64,000 nt of DNA from assembly GCF_009914755.1 (NCBI RefSeq), contig NC_060926.1. One strand, 5' to 3'. The notes beneath the pieces are model-generated. The model was given only the letters and a program-made list of their open reading frames with translations, was not told the origin of the DNA and searched no databases. The position numbers and the translations under genes were made by a program. Source of the DNA: the human T2T-CHM13v2.0 reference genome, Homo sapiens. This document shows positions 1 to 13,980 of the stretch, piece after piece (position 1 is the first letter of the stretch; every line of letters begins with the position of its first letter).

Positions 1-3000
1 TAGAAAAGATGAAAAGGGACTGCCTTTTATTTATTTTTTTGGGGCAGTCACTTTTGTCACAAAATTAGCATGTTGAGTCTATTTATATTTAAATAGGAAA
101 TAAATCATATGCCAAACATTTATGTGCCCTTAAGTTATTTCTGTAAATAGTGCAGTTGTACGTGTGTGGGTGTTTGTGTAACTAGGTGATCCACTGAACA
201 TTTTTACTGAGAAGCAGAGTTCTACTGGCTGTCAAATACTAGAGTGTTGGCTAGCGTAGCTTGTGGCAACAGATCTGAGAGCTGTGTCTTGGCAGTACCC
301 ACACTCCCTGAATCCCTGACAGTAGGGCAAAGCTGCATGAAATCCAGGGATCAGTCTAGTGGTAACAACGTCTACCTGGGGTCATTTAAAATCTTGCTCA
401 AACAATTATCTAGGGGAGAGAAGAGCTACCAACAGAGAGAAGGTGTGAAAGAAAGTGAGAAAGCATGGGCTTTGGAAAACCTGGAGCTCAAAGAAGAAAA
501 AGAAAACAGAAATTGCTTTCCCTATCAATATAGGTGCAGTTATAAGGGATAGCAGGATAGTCTAGCAGGACAGAGCTAACAAAGCTGCCTAAGAAAGAGT
601 CTGCTTTAAAAATTTAAAAATTTGCCTATCTCCAGGAATAATGGACATTTTCCAATCTTACCAGTAATATAAAATATTTTTTAGATGCCTATCTGCCTCT
701 CCTTCTTCTCTCTCTTCCATTCTAGCAGAGTGGAAATTCCTTTTAGCCAGCTTCAGGAGGGGGGAAGAAGTAGAATTTGAGAGAAGTGAATACTACTGCA
801 TTGCCTCCTCTCACTGCAAATAGCCAGCTCTCAGCAGGACCCAGATGCAGAAGAGGAAAGGCTGACCTCTTCACCTTCAAAGTTTTGATTATTTTATGGT
901 ACTGGACATTCTATTTACTGAATTTATATTATGTTTAGTAATTCTAATTGAATATAGAATTTCCTATTACCTGTGAGTAGCCGAAAAACGGCATGAGATT
1001 TCCTGGGTTGTGGAAAACCTGTATCTGTACTTTCCTATTAGCAGTGTTAAAGAAACAGTAGGAGATAATTACTAATTTGTTTTTATGATTACATCACATA
1101 GAACTGGTTTTTCAACATGCTGTTGTAAACACCCACACAAATAAGGAAATGGAATTAGTTTGCCCTTTAAAATTTGCTGGAATTCAGGTGCACTTAATCC
1201 ATCACCCCAAGAGACTCTATTTGTTTCACCAGTTGGCAGGTTTCCCACAATTTACACCTTCATGGTGCTCCTACTGGAAACTGAAATCTCCAGCTAATCA
1301 CAATATCTAGGTATAAAAAGACCTGTATTAAGGTAGCTGGGGTCTTAGTGTTTGAAAATCAACATACAACTTCCTAAAAGAATTTATAGCACAACCGTTT
1401 CAGAGGGAGAATCTAAGAGTGACCAACTGAAGACCCTGTTTTAAAAGGGTAGTCACTGGCCATCTATATCATTGGTTAAAATGCATGTCTCAGAGTCTTA
1501 CCCCATATCTTTTAAGTAGGTCTGAGTGTGCTTATCAAGCTTCCCTGGTGATGCTTATACACACTAAGCACCCAAAAGCTTCCGCATTAATAGAAAGCTC
1601 TGCTGCTTTCATTAATCCCTAGGCCAAATAAATTACAAACAAAACTTTCAGAATTTCGTGGAGCAAGAAAGGACAACGGTGGAACTCTTTCTGCATTTTG
1701 TCCATAATGCTTCAAATACAAATTTTGGTATGAATTCTTTAAAAAGTATTTTTCTACTGTTGCTCTTTGTTATTATTTTTATTTAAAATTGTTATTAATT
1801 TTCCATATAAACTCTCATCAAATCAAAGATAAAGGCACAGATAGAGTCAAAGTTTTTTGGTTTCCTTAGCAATTTTCCATAGAAAGCAGATAAAATGACC
1901 TTTTCATGTTACTGAGAGCTACAGATGCAGAGTCAAACACAGAGAAAATGAACTTAATGTTGGGTAACAATTCTTGACAATGATTTGAACACTATCTTAC
2001 AACTGGATGTCTTTTTTAAATTCTAGGTCACTGCAATAGCCCATACAGGCTAAGTTACACTTAAATTCCAAATAAGTGTATTTTTTTCAGTGAAACATTT
2101 CTTGATCTTTACCTTTCTTTACAATATATCCTATTCAAAGTTCTCAAAATATGGGGAGCATCAATAGATTTTTGTTATTGTTGTTGCTATTGTGAGGTTA
2201 GTCATAGTTTTTCAATTCTGTTGAGCTAAAATAGATTAAAAAAAAAAAACATTGACTAAGGGACACCATATTGGAAAAATGACTAGGCTCCAATAAATTA
2301 AAATTATATATTTTTTCACTTTTCTATTAAAACTCATCAATTTGTTGTATTTTTTATTGAGTCTCATACCTTCCCATCCTAGGCAAAGAAAGAAAATGAC
2401 TGGTCAAATATAACAAAGGCAGTGGTACTGTAGGTAGGAGTCAGAAGCCATTGGTGCTATTGTCCCATGTGTTTCCTCCAGACAGAGTGCTCTGAGTAGA
2501 GCAGAGAGGAGTATCAATCATATCTTAGGACCAGGAAGGAAATATGACAACACTGCTCTCTCAAAGAGCCAGAAAAGTAAAGAGCATCTTTCTTTATGCA
2601 TTGTGCTTCTTTTTAAACATTTTATTTTTATTCTGATTACACCTAGGGCTAACAATAATTTTGCTGACTGGATGTTGATTTGTTCCCAAGGCTGTATTTA
2701 ACAAAATAAATGTTTATAAGAATTGAGTCTCTGACCTTACAGGAATCTCAAATACCCCAATATCAAAGGGACGCATTGTATTTTTTAACTTATCTTAATA
2801 CAAATAATATTAATTATTATTATAAGGTATATGACAAACTTTAGCTATTGCATAAAGATTTCAAAAGCCCTGAGAAGTACCTGTAAATTGAAAGGAATAA
2901 TTGGGAAATACAAGTCAAGAGAAAACTACTGGACATTGGATAAAGAAAGGATGACCTGGTAGAAGAGTAAAACAAAAATTCTGCCTATAGGCTCCAGTCA

Positions 3001-3049
3001 TGAAAAACAATGACTTGAAAAAATACATAGTAAAATAAGAAATATGCAC

Positions 3050-3300
3050 TATTTAACTGTATACATTATATAATTATGTGATGACATTATAGAATATAGT
3101 TTCCATATTATTATAGCATGTAAATATTAATATATTATAGAATATATAAGATATATTCTATATTAATATTATAACAGAATAGTGTATAATAGTATATCAT
3201 ACATATTACACATTAATATTTAATGTTGCATATTATACTGCTTATATCATACATAATGTTACATATACTACTACTTATTTTCCTATTATATAATACATTA
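3050..3300. repeat. AT-rich low-complexity (TA/TAA-type) tract
   Basis: Run of degenerate tatta/atata units. Confidence 0.8.
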
Positions 3301-3699
3301 TGGCAGTAGACAAAGGTGAACATATAGAAATTCCTGTTTTGGGGTTTGTGTGTATGTATAGTGAATGCACACATGAGATAAGTGATATTTTCTCTATGTG
3401 GTAGAATTATGGGTGATTTTCACTTTAATTTTTCCACTATGCCAGCTGTTTAGAAATGTGTTGTATTGCTCTTCCAATCAGGAAAGAGTTACTAAAACAC
3501 ATTTGAGCAACAATGTCAAGTAAAGGGGATGAGGCAAGAAAATAGGGAAATAGTTGGGAAGAGTGTGTGAAAGAGTCAATAAAATAGGACTGACTCCAGG
3601 GATGATATAGCTCCTTTGCCCCCATCTAGCCTACGTGATGCAAGCATGATTCACAGAATACACATACACACATATATACACATACAGATATATAAACAC

Positions 3700-4790
3700 A
3701 CATTATATATTATACACATTACATATATGATAGGTGTGTAATAAAGAAACCTGATAATAGAACAATCAATACACAATCGACTTTAATGACTAGAACATTA
3801 TCAATTTCTTCCCATATATCTATGTGCTCCTTCCCTAACCCATATCCCTCTGTCCTTACTGAAGAACTAAACACTAATTTGATTTGTATTTATTAGGAAC
3901 TTGCTTTGTGTGTGTGTTTGTGAAAGTCTTTCTCTTAGATACATATGCCAGTTTTTCTCTTTGATGAGTTTTATGAAAATAGAATTTAATACCTTCTGTT
4001 ATTTCTTCATTCAATGCTATGTTCTAACATGCATCTCTATTGATACATACAACCCTCATTTATCTATTTCCATTGCTATGTAGGTATTCCACTATATGAA
4101 TGTATTACAAAGAATTGATTGACATTTGCTATTCTTGATTTGTATTGGTTTACATGGGCAAGAGAATTCTCTACAGTGTAGGCCTATATATGTGTTATCA
4201 ATTGTTGGTATTTACTCATTCTCAGGAAAAGTATGTTTCTTCCCTTCCTTTTTAATTTAAAACCATAAGTTGGCATTGAATTTTATTAAAAGTTTTTTAC
4301 TAATCTATTGAAATATTTATATTTTTTCTTACTTAACCTGATAATTCAATGAATAACAATGTAAGATTTTACAATGTTTAGCCATTCTTGAATCTATTAG
4401 GAAAGAAACAACTCGATGCATCTTTTTTATCCATTGCTGAATTCAGTTTGCTAAGACACTCTTTGGGAGCTTTTGTATATATTTCTTGGGGGAGTGATGT
4501 TTTAGGGTGTAATTTTTTTTTCTTGGAGCATAATAGTCTGGTTTTTAAATAAAGCATAAAATCTGACAAGTAATGCTTCCTATTTTACTATTGTCTGGAA
4601 GGGACAACATAGAATTAATGATCAACTTCTTGAGATAAATTAGAATTCACCTATAGAACTATATAAACTTGGTAATTTCTCTGTGTAAAGGTTTCAATCA
4701 AATTAATTTTTTAATGAACATAAAAGTATGCAGGCTTAAATTTTCATTTTCAGTCAATTTTGCTGTCATATTTCAAATGTATTGGTATTA
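3700..4790 (-). mobile_element. Ancient L1M (L1MC/ME-like) fragments
   Basis: T-rich, with antisense L1-like phrases (tattccactatatgaatg, gctgaattcagtttgctaa); highly diverged; continues ~5545-5930. Confidence 0.5.
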
Positions 4791-4807
4791 CATTATTGTA
4801 ATATTAG

Positions 4808-5255
4808 TACTAGTTAGGGTTCCTCAGAGAGAGAGATTTAAAGAAATAGCCTCATGCAATCACAGTGTTAAGTCCAAAATCTGTAGGGAAGGCCACGTGG
4901 CTGGAAACTCAGGCAGGAGTTGGAGTCACAGTCTTGAATCCAAACCCATAGGTCAAGCGAACAGATAGACATTCAGGCAGGATTTCTATTATTCAAATAA
5001 CAGATTATTATATTATTAGAATATAATCTTGATGAAGGAAACTTTCTTTTCTGAGAAACCTTGGTTTTTGCTCTGAAGCCTTTCAACTGATTGAATGTGG
5101 CCCACCCACATCATCATCATTCTTTACTTAGAAGTCATTTGACTGTAGATGTTAATCACATCAACAAAATATCTACACTGCAACATCTAGACTAGTGTTT
5201 GGCCAAACAAGTGGACACCATAGCCCAGCCAAGTTGACACATAAAACTAAGCATC
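4808..5255 (-). mobile_element. MLT2 (MLT2D-like) ERVL solo LTR
   Basis: Reverse complement begins TGATGCTTAGTTTTATGTGTCAACTTGGCTGGGCTATGGTG...CAAACACTAGTCTAGATGTTGC, the MLT2 5' end. Confidence 0.85.
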
Positions 5256-5601
<346 letters not shown>

Positions 5602-6669
5602 TCATATCTTAATATTTACTGTGCTGCTTCTCATTCTCTTTGATTGCTGTCATTAGAACTTGTCTATTTTATTAATTTTTCAAATAATAAATTTTGGCCT
5701 TGTAAATGTATTCTAATATTTTTCTAAGGTTTTTTCTTAAATTCCTTATGTTTTTATTTCTATTTTAATTTTTTTGTACTGTTCTTCAAAGTGTTTAAGT
5801 AAATATATGCTAAATCACCCTTCAGTATTTTCTACCTTTTTAATATTAGCTTTAAGGCTATATATTTCCCGCTAAATACTGCTTTCTCTGTAACTTACAA
5901 GATACAATATGTAGTATTTTCATTATAAAAATATTTCAAAAATTATTTTATTTTTAAATTTAAATATTAGACACTACTAATATTATTTCATTAGTGTTAT
6001 TTAACATTATCAATTAGGACATATGAATACAAAGAAATTGTTTTTTTTATAAAAAGCAGTGATTTTAATGCTGCCAATTCATAATGAAATCACTTAAACA
6101 TTATTGGAAGCTATCTTCATAGACAGGCCCTTATAAAACATGCAAATGATAAAAAAACTGCTCATTGTTTCATTAAAAATATATTTATTGAGCACCAGTA
6201 AGTGCCAGTCTGTTTAATAAGTTAATAAGTTATATTTAAAAAACTTCTAGGTATCACTAAAAAGAGTTCTAGAAACTCATATGCATAACTTTAAATAGGA
6301 ATGCTATTAATTTTACTGAAAAAGATAATGTGTGTCTGTATTTCTGTGTGTGTCTGTGTTTCTGTGTGTGTGTGTGTTTAAATGTTACTGTTGTTGGGGT
6401 TCAGGGCTTAGTAAAACCTTTTTTGTTTCACTTTTTTGAGTTTAAGCCAAAAAGGTCCAGAGGGATACTGTGATTAGAGATGTAATTTAGATATAAACTT
6501 TGAGCTCTATGCCACATATTTTCAAATAAAAATATTACATAGACCATATGGTAGAATAATATGTATTGACTGTCTACTACAAACACAATACTCAATGCTT
6601 ATATGTTCTATGAACAATTTCCAGCACCAAATATGCACTATATGTGTCTATTTTCAAATATTTATATCA

Positions 6670-7610
6670 TGTCCTTTAAGTCTTTTATTGTTTTTATAGC
6701 TATATTGATCTCAATTTAAAACATAACCTTAATAAAAATAAGCTGTAAGATTTGATGTATGTGTATGTGTCTATAAATACATGTAAAACCATCACCACTA
6801 TCAAGATAATAAACATATCTAGAAATTCCAAAATTCTCCTATGTTCCTTTATAATTTTTCCCTCTTGCCTCTCCCCCACCTAGCCATCCTCAGGCAATCA
6901 CAGATACGCTTTCTTCAGCTACAGTTTTCCCTGCTTTTGAAATAATTTTATATAATTGGGATTATAGAGAATATATTCTTTTAATTTTTCAGAGGCAGGT
7001 AATGCTTTTTTTTATTCAGCATAATCAATAGTACATTTATTTTTATTGTTGAATACTATGTTTCCATATGTATGCTGCTATGGATTGAATGTTTGTGTCC
7101 CCCATCACCAAACTTATATGTTAAAGCTTTTGGGAGGTAATTAGGTAATGATGGTGAGGTTTTCATGATGGTATTAATGCCCTCATTAAAACAGGGAGAA
7201 ACAAGAGCTCTTTCTTTTACACCAAAGAGAGGCCACGTGAGGACATAATGAAAAGAAGGCCATCAGCAAAAAAAGAAGAGGACGGTCACCAGACTCCAAA
7301 TCTACTGGCACCTTGATTCTGGACTTCCTATTCTCCAGAACTGTGAGAATTAAATGTATGTTGTTTAAGCCTCCCAGCCAACTATTTTGTTATAGCAGCC
7401 TGAACTGACTGACACATATGGATATTCTATAATTTGTTTTTTCACTCATCTGTTGATGGGCATTTGAGTTATTTATAATTTGGGGGTATTAAAAATCAAT
7501 ATTCTATGACAATTTAAGTGCAAGTTTTCTGTTGAGTAAGTACAAATGGAATGATTGGATCATCTGGAGGGCATTGCATTGTCAATGTTTTCCAAAGTGC
7601 TGAAAAACTA
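6670..7610 (-). mobile_element. L1M 3' fragment interrupted by the MLT1 LTR at 7076-7414
   Basis: Antisense L1 3'UTR phrases (aaccatcaccactatcaagata; tcatctgttgatgggcatttgagtt). Confidence 0.65.
7076..7414 (+). mobile_element. MLT1A/MST-type MaLR solo LTR
   Basis: tgctatggattgaatgtttgtgtcccc start; ccttgattctggacttcc...ctccagaactgtgaga core; tatagcagcctgaactgactgaca end. Confidence 0.85.
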
Positions 7611-9337
7611 GCATAGTTGTCACCTCATTTTATTTTTCATACTCGGAACTTTGGTTTGGATCTTTTTGACCATCTACTCATCATGGTTGCACTTTCTTGC
7701 TGTCTCATACCTGACAATTCTCACTTGGATATTAGACATTGTGAACTTGTTGCATGTTTGATATTTCCTATAAATATTCTTGACCTTGTTCTGCAACATA
7801 GTGAAAGTTTTGGAAAACAGTTGATTTTATGAAAGTTTCATTCTGAGTAATTCTTAAATTGAATTACATGGATTTTTACTGTGGATGGAGGAACATAAAC
7901 AATTGCTGGCCCTGTATACAACCCCTGGAATGTTTCCTTTGTTTGTTTTGTTTCCTCTGTTTCTTTCCTTGCCCTCAGGTATTTTTATCATATGCATGTG
8001 CTCACCAGTACTCAGTTGAAGATCAGAGGGAGACTCCTGGTAGATTTCCAGACTCTGTTATTCTGTCTTGCAAACTCTACACACATTGATCTCCCTAGAC
8101 ACCCAGTTGGTCCCTTCAACTCAGAGACATTGCCAGGTTCGGCCATATACTTCTATCCCTGTGCTATGGATTTTCTTCTTTCAAGAGTTACAGTCCTGCA
8201 TTGTCTGAGGTACAATGCCTGGAAACCATGACTTTCTATTTCTTTTCTTTTTTGTTGTTTATGTGCTCTGTCTGTATCAACACCTTTGATTGATATGTTG
8301 TTGTTTTGCTGCCTGTTTTATGCATTTTCTTTGACATGGTAATTACTATCTGGAGAAGGTGTGAGTTAGAGGTTTTGACACAAGTGCCAAAAAACAAAAA
8401 AGTTAATCCTTTGCATCCTGGGTGTTTAGGTTTTCATTTTCTTTTTTATAATACAGTAAAAGATTCTCATTATCTCTATTTTGGTGAATGTCTTATTTCC
8501 AAATGAATATAAATGAATCAACAGTAATTTTCAAATGGATCACTTATGTCATTCAGTCGTCAGGATTAGTAAATACCAGGCTGTGCATCGTTTGTCTAAT
8601 GGCCAAAAAACAACATTTTTACAAGTTGTGATGGTTATTTAGTACTATTGATTAACTATACCTTTTTATGGTTTGCTGGTGGTTTACATAATCCCATATA
8701 ATTACAATCTTTCTCTTAGCCTAGTTTCTCAAGACCACAGGATTAACATCCCTTAATTAGATTCCTGATGACAAGAACTGGTCTATCTCAGACCTTCCTT
8801 ATTTTCTTGGATCTTCTCCAACATATTTAATAGCACTGATAACAAACAACTATCTAATTTTCTGCATTTTTAATATCAACTACAATTAAATATAAAATTA
8901 TAATAAAATGTGAAGGATTCTTGTAAATACAGCATACTCCTTAATTTAGAGAGCTTTTAGCCAATAAGTCAACTTTATGGTACTTGCTGGGGACCAACAA
9001 AAAAAAAACTTTCACAACTAACATAGACCTTTATTTTTAATGTCTTTTTAGGGAGGCATCTTTATACAATAGCACATACTCCTTCCTCTTAAGAAAGAAT
9101 TGTGTTTTCATTCAAATTGACTGCTTTTAATATGAGTGTATTTCTAAAAAGTGTATTTTTACAATTATTCTGAGCTTATTAGAAACAAAAAATAGAAAGC
9201 AGTTACGAAGTTCACTAAAGACAAGTACTACCAATTAACTATATGGAATTTTCTTGAAGAGACAGAATTAGAAAAAAAAAAAACTAAAGAAATTAGTCAT
9301 AAGATCTTAAAACCCTCACAACTCAACTCTCTAGATC

Positions 9338-9540
9338 TGCACTGTCCAATAGAGTAGCCACAAGCATCATGCAAATATTTAAATTAAATTAATTAGAATT
9401 AAATCTAAAATGTAGGAGGTCAGTTTTACTTGCCGCATTTCAAGTGCTTAGTAGCCACATGTGGCTTGTGTCCACATATTGGATAGCACAGACACACAAC
9501 ATTTCTGCCCCTGAAAAAAGATTCTTCTGGGCCATGTTTC
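9338..9540. mobile_element. MER3 (hAT-Charlie MITE)
   Basis: ctgcactgtccaatagagtagccac...tttcaagtgcttagtagccacatgtggct...attggatagcacag. Confidence 0.8.
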
Positions 9541-10449
9541 TCCAGAGCTTTGCTTCGTTTGTGCTTGAGAACAATTAGCATTCCAATAAATGCTCCAGAG
9601 TTTCAAAAAGCATATTCTATGTTCTACTTCTTATTATAAGTTGTGGAAACATATAACATATTTAAATAATTTATCCCAATTATTTAAGTATTTAATCATT
9701 AAATGTTTAGGAATTTAAAGAGGTTAGTTTTCATCTACCTGGATAATTTTCTCTGCTGATACTAAAATATTAAGTAATATTGTATGTTTTTTACAAATTC
9801 TTAAAACCCTAAACATCATGAGGTTTTATGATATAATGGAGCATGAGAATATAAGGACTGTGGCACAATGAAGCTAGAATAAGAAACAAAAAACAGGCTG
9901 CCTAATTATAGGGTTTATAATGTTAACCACTATATTACGAATGAATGAAGAATGTATATATTTTCCATTTTAACTAACAAGAAAGATGACAATATACAGA
10001 AAATATTTGTTGTGCCACCTCAGGAATGTCGAATTTGACTTTCTTTAAGTCTTGAGGGTAGGCAAAATAATTGCAGAACCTCATGGAATGCTTCAGTTAA
10101 AGGTCTCATAATCTAGTTTTAGAACATGATTGGAAGTCCATCTCCAAAGCAAAGGAGTATCTTTCTGTGATAAGACACAAAAAAAAAACCCACTTCTACA
10201 TGAGTTTCTGAGATTCCATAAGCTGATGTGTTATGGACTTAATATGGACAGCTAAAGAGAAAGAAAAAATCATGTAAACTAGATGGAACGACAATTGAAC
10301 TTCACAATATATTTTATATCACACTGTTTAAAACATACTTGTTTAAACTGTGTCACATGAAACAAGATACATGTCTACTCTTCAGTGACTGAATCTACCT
10401 TATTCGATATTTAAAAGAATGTTTTAAATGTACTATTATGAGGTGGGGG

Positions 10450-10638
10450 TAGGCTTGCCAGATAAAATACAGGATGCCCACCTAGGTAAATTTGAATTTT
10501 AAATAACAACAAGTACTTTTTTTAGTATGTTTCAAATATTGCATGGGGCATAGTTAGACTAAAAAAAAAGTTGTTCATCTAAAATTCAAATTTAAATGGA
10601 AATCCTTTTTCGAAAAAATTGCTTAATATGGCAATCTA
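10450..10638. mobile_element. MER53 palindromic hAT MITE
   Basis: TIR taggcttgccagataaaatacaggatgccc ... tggcaatcta; internal arms aaatttgaatttt / aaaattcaaattt. Confidence 0.85.
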
Positions 10639-10878
10639 GGCACAGGAGTTCAAAAGATTTATGATTCACAAACCAACCATTTTACCCATTCTACATGCTT
10701 TGTGCATTTCAATAGCCCTCTTAGGGGAAGAGATAGTAAGGTACTTATTTACCACGTATAACCACGGAGCCACTGGGCCAGGATCATTGAGAACGTTTTT
10801 ATCATTCTCTTCAAAGGGTTTATATCTAAGTGAACATATAGAAATGTTTGATAACTTACTTAATAATAAAGATATGAT

Positions 10879-11241
10879 TGCTATGATTTTAATGTCGATT
10901 TCCTCCTCAAATTCATATGTTGATACTCTCACTGCCAAGATGATAGTATTAGGATATAGGGCCTCTGGGAAGTGATTAGGGCATCAGGACTCTGCCCACA
11001 TGAATAGAATTTGTGCATTTATAAAAGAGGACCCAGCGAAACCCCTTACTCCTTCTGCCATGTGACGTTAGAGTCATAAGATAGCTCTCTATCAGAAATC
11101 AGGTGCTCACCAGACACAGAATCTGCTGGCACTTTGATCTTGGACTTCCCAGTCTCCTGAACTGTAAGAAATAAATTTCTGTTATTTATAAGCCACCCAG
11201 TCTATAGTACTTTGTTACAGCTGCCCAAATGAACTAAGACA
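10879..11241 (+). mobile_element. MLT1A0-like MaLR solo LTR
   Basis: tgctatg...aaattcatatgttga; ttgatcttggacttcccagtctcc; aataaa; gaactaagaca end. Confidence 0.85.
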
Positions 11242-12739
11242 ATAACCATAATTTAAGGTTGTTGTTACAAAATAGCAATTTGGGGTATTGTGAAATTTTA
11301 CACCCTGAATATCACAATCTGAAGCCTAGGAATTTCCTTACATGCATCTGGGACAGCTGTGCCCTTGGAATGTCCTTGCTACTGATACTGCTGCTCATGC
11401 AGCCTTCATTGCCTTTTCTAATCCAAAGAATAAAAGCTTGATGGTGACCTGATTTCTTTTTTTCCATTCTCCAAAGGAGAATAAAACTGCCAAAATGAAG
11501 CTGAGACAGACTGAAAAATAAAAGTGGCTTGAGATAACTTACATTTAAAGATGCTGTGGCCTGCTTTCCTTCTTCTTTATTATTTCATCTTGGGAAAATG
11601 TTTTTTCAGTGAAAATGATAAATAGACATCTAAAAATTGGGAGTATTTTCTGTATTTCGGAAGCAAGTGATTTTGGATTTCCCTCTTTCTTTAAGAGAGA
11701 TACCTGGTGATAATCACATTCACCGCCATTCTCCTTTATCCTGATGAATGTGTCGGGGCTATGTGGTTTTGCTATTCTTGTAGACATGATGAAGGAACCC
11801 AAACAAGTTCAGTTAAGTTCAGATCCCTTGGTGTTGATGGCTGGTTTGGAAATATAAAAGTTGCTAATGTCTCATAAGGTGATGATTAGAGGTATACTTA
11901 GTAAAGGTACATATTAGAGGTATAGATAGTAAATTTACAGTAGCAATTTACTGTATTCTGTTCCTCTTTGTAATGGCCCCTCCAACCACTCCTCATCATC
12001 CCTGTGTCTCTGCCATATCATGTTGTCTAGAACAGCATTGGACTATGCAAGCAGACAGAGTAAAAAGTGTCTTCTAACCTACGTAAGTCTATGTAAAAAA
12101 TGTCAAGTATTCGAGGAACTATATTGTGGTTCTCTATGTGGTACATGGATGATAAAATCAAGTCACTGGAAGCCAGGAGGGTCTTTATAGTTTTTTTCAA
12201 CACCGAAGACTTCAATGAGACTTGGAAAAGAAGTCTTTGAAATTAAGTTAAACAACAAAAAAAGCTACTTTCGCTTACTCTCCCCAGTCCTAAAACTCAC
12301 ATATGTATGCCTTGCCAACAAACGCACATAAAATGGTCCTTTTATTGACTGTGAACATTATGAGCATCGTAATGGTTCACTATTCATTACTGCAAAGTGT
12401 CCTCAGACATAAAAGGCTAACAAAAATTTGATCAAAAGCTTGGGGTTCGTAATGCTGGAAAAACCAACAGTAAAATGAACACTCAAATTTTGTATCTGCT
12501 TTACAAGAAATAAACAAAAGACACTCTGTTCCATGACACAGAGGAGATATAATCATAAAACAAACAGGGAGAAACTTCTTATGGAAAGAATAAACTAACT
12601 GAAAAATGTTTCTCATTGCAGGGTCTGTAGTTAATTCTGAATTTATATTATTTTAAAGGCTTAATTTTGTATTTTTAATTGAGTAAAAATAGTACAAATA
12701 ATCTTATTTGGGTCAAATGGAATCACTACAGGCATCTAT

Positions 12740-13220
12740 ATAAGTTAGAATTGGCTTCAGCAGCACATAATGCAAAACTCAAATTAAAGAGGCTTTAAAA
12801 TGACTGAATCTTAATTTCGTCTCACAGAAATTGTGCATAAAAGAATTCCAGAATTGGTACGGCTGTTTTACTGACATTAAGGAATCCTGTCTTTTAAAAT
12901 CTTTCTTTTCTGCCTTCCTTAGGACGTTTTCTATGCTTGTGGTCACCTTATCGTACAAGAAGACAACTGTAGCTCCAGATAATACATCTGTATTCCAGGA
13001 AGGAAGAATGAGGAAGTAGGAAAAACTAAAAGAGCAAATCTCTCACTTTCAATAGGTTTCCTAGATATTCTTACCTGATGGCTTCTGCTTGTATCTCACT
13101 GCAAGCAAAGACTGGGAAATGTAATCTTCCATTCAGTTATTTTGTTGCGCTAGATTAAATTAGAATATATCAGTGACAAGATGCAGATAATTGATAGTAC
13201 ATGAGTAACTAGCCGTCTCT
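12740..13220. mobile_element. Old MLT1 (J/K/L-like) LTR remnant
   Basis: Diverged MaLR phrases (tattccaggaaggaagaa, tgcaagcaaagactgggaaatgtaat). Confidence 0.45.
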
Positions 13221-13339
13221 AACTTTGAGTCAATTTATTCTCATGATAATAATTATTTAAAACATCTTTATATGTTTCTAGTTCTCGCTGTCAGATTTTA
13301 GGAGGTGGTCATCATAGCAGAACGTAGATAACAGAATAG

Positions 13340-13980
13340 GAAACTCCAATATAGCACTCTATATTCCAGGCTAATTTTGTAAATGTTTACATATTTAATC
13401 TTCAAAACAATTTCATGATATGTAGTCAACAAATAGTTGTCCCTTGAACAATATGGTTTTGAACTGTGTGGGTCCACTTATATGCAGTTTTTCTTCTATC
13501 TCTGCCACCCCTGAGACAGCAAAACCAGCCCCTCCTCCCCTTCTTCCTCAGCTACTCAATGTGAAGATTATGAGGATAAAGGTCTTTATGATGATCCACT
13601 TCCACTTAACAAATAATAAATATATTTTCTCTTCCTTTAATAATTTTCTCTATAACATTTTCTTTTCTCTAGCATACTTTTTGTACGAATACAGTATACA
13701 ATGCATAAAACAGGCAAAATATGTGCCAGTTGATGGTTTATGTTATCAGTAAGGTCTTAAGTCAACAGTAAGCCATTTGTAGTTAAGTTTTGGGTGAATG
13801 ACAAGTAACACACAGATTTCTGACTGCAAAGGGGGTCCATAGCCCCTGCCCTGTTCAAAGGTCAATTGTGCTATTATCACCAGCATTTTATAGATGAGGA
13901 AACTGATGAACAAAGAGGTTAAGTAACTTACTTGTCAATGACATATAACTATTGAGTGTAGATTTGAATGCAGACAGTCA
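13340..13980 (-). mobile_element. MIR split by Tigger2a
   Basis: tttaatcttcaaaacaa before the insert; cattttatagatgaggaaactga...agaggttaagtaactt after it. Confidence 0.75.
13434..13868 (+). mobile_element. Tigger2a (TcMar-Tigger non-autonomous element)
   Basis: TIRs agttgtcccttgaacaa / tgttcaaaggtcaattg; internal tgccacccctgagacagcaa and atgatgatccacttccactt. Confidence 0.9.

Noticed and set aside
244-1060. 102-aa ORF and a possible ancient LTR-like region
   Set aside because: GTG start and no recognisable homology; repeat identity could not be assigned with confidence
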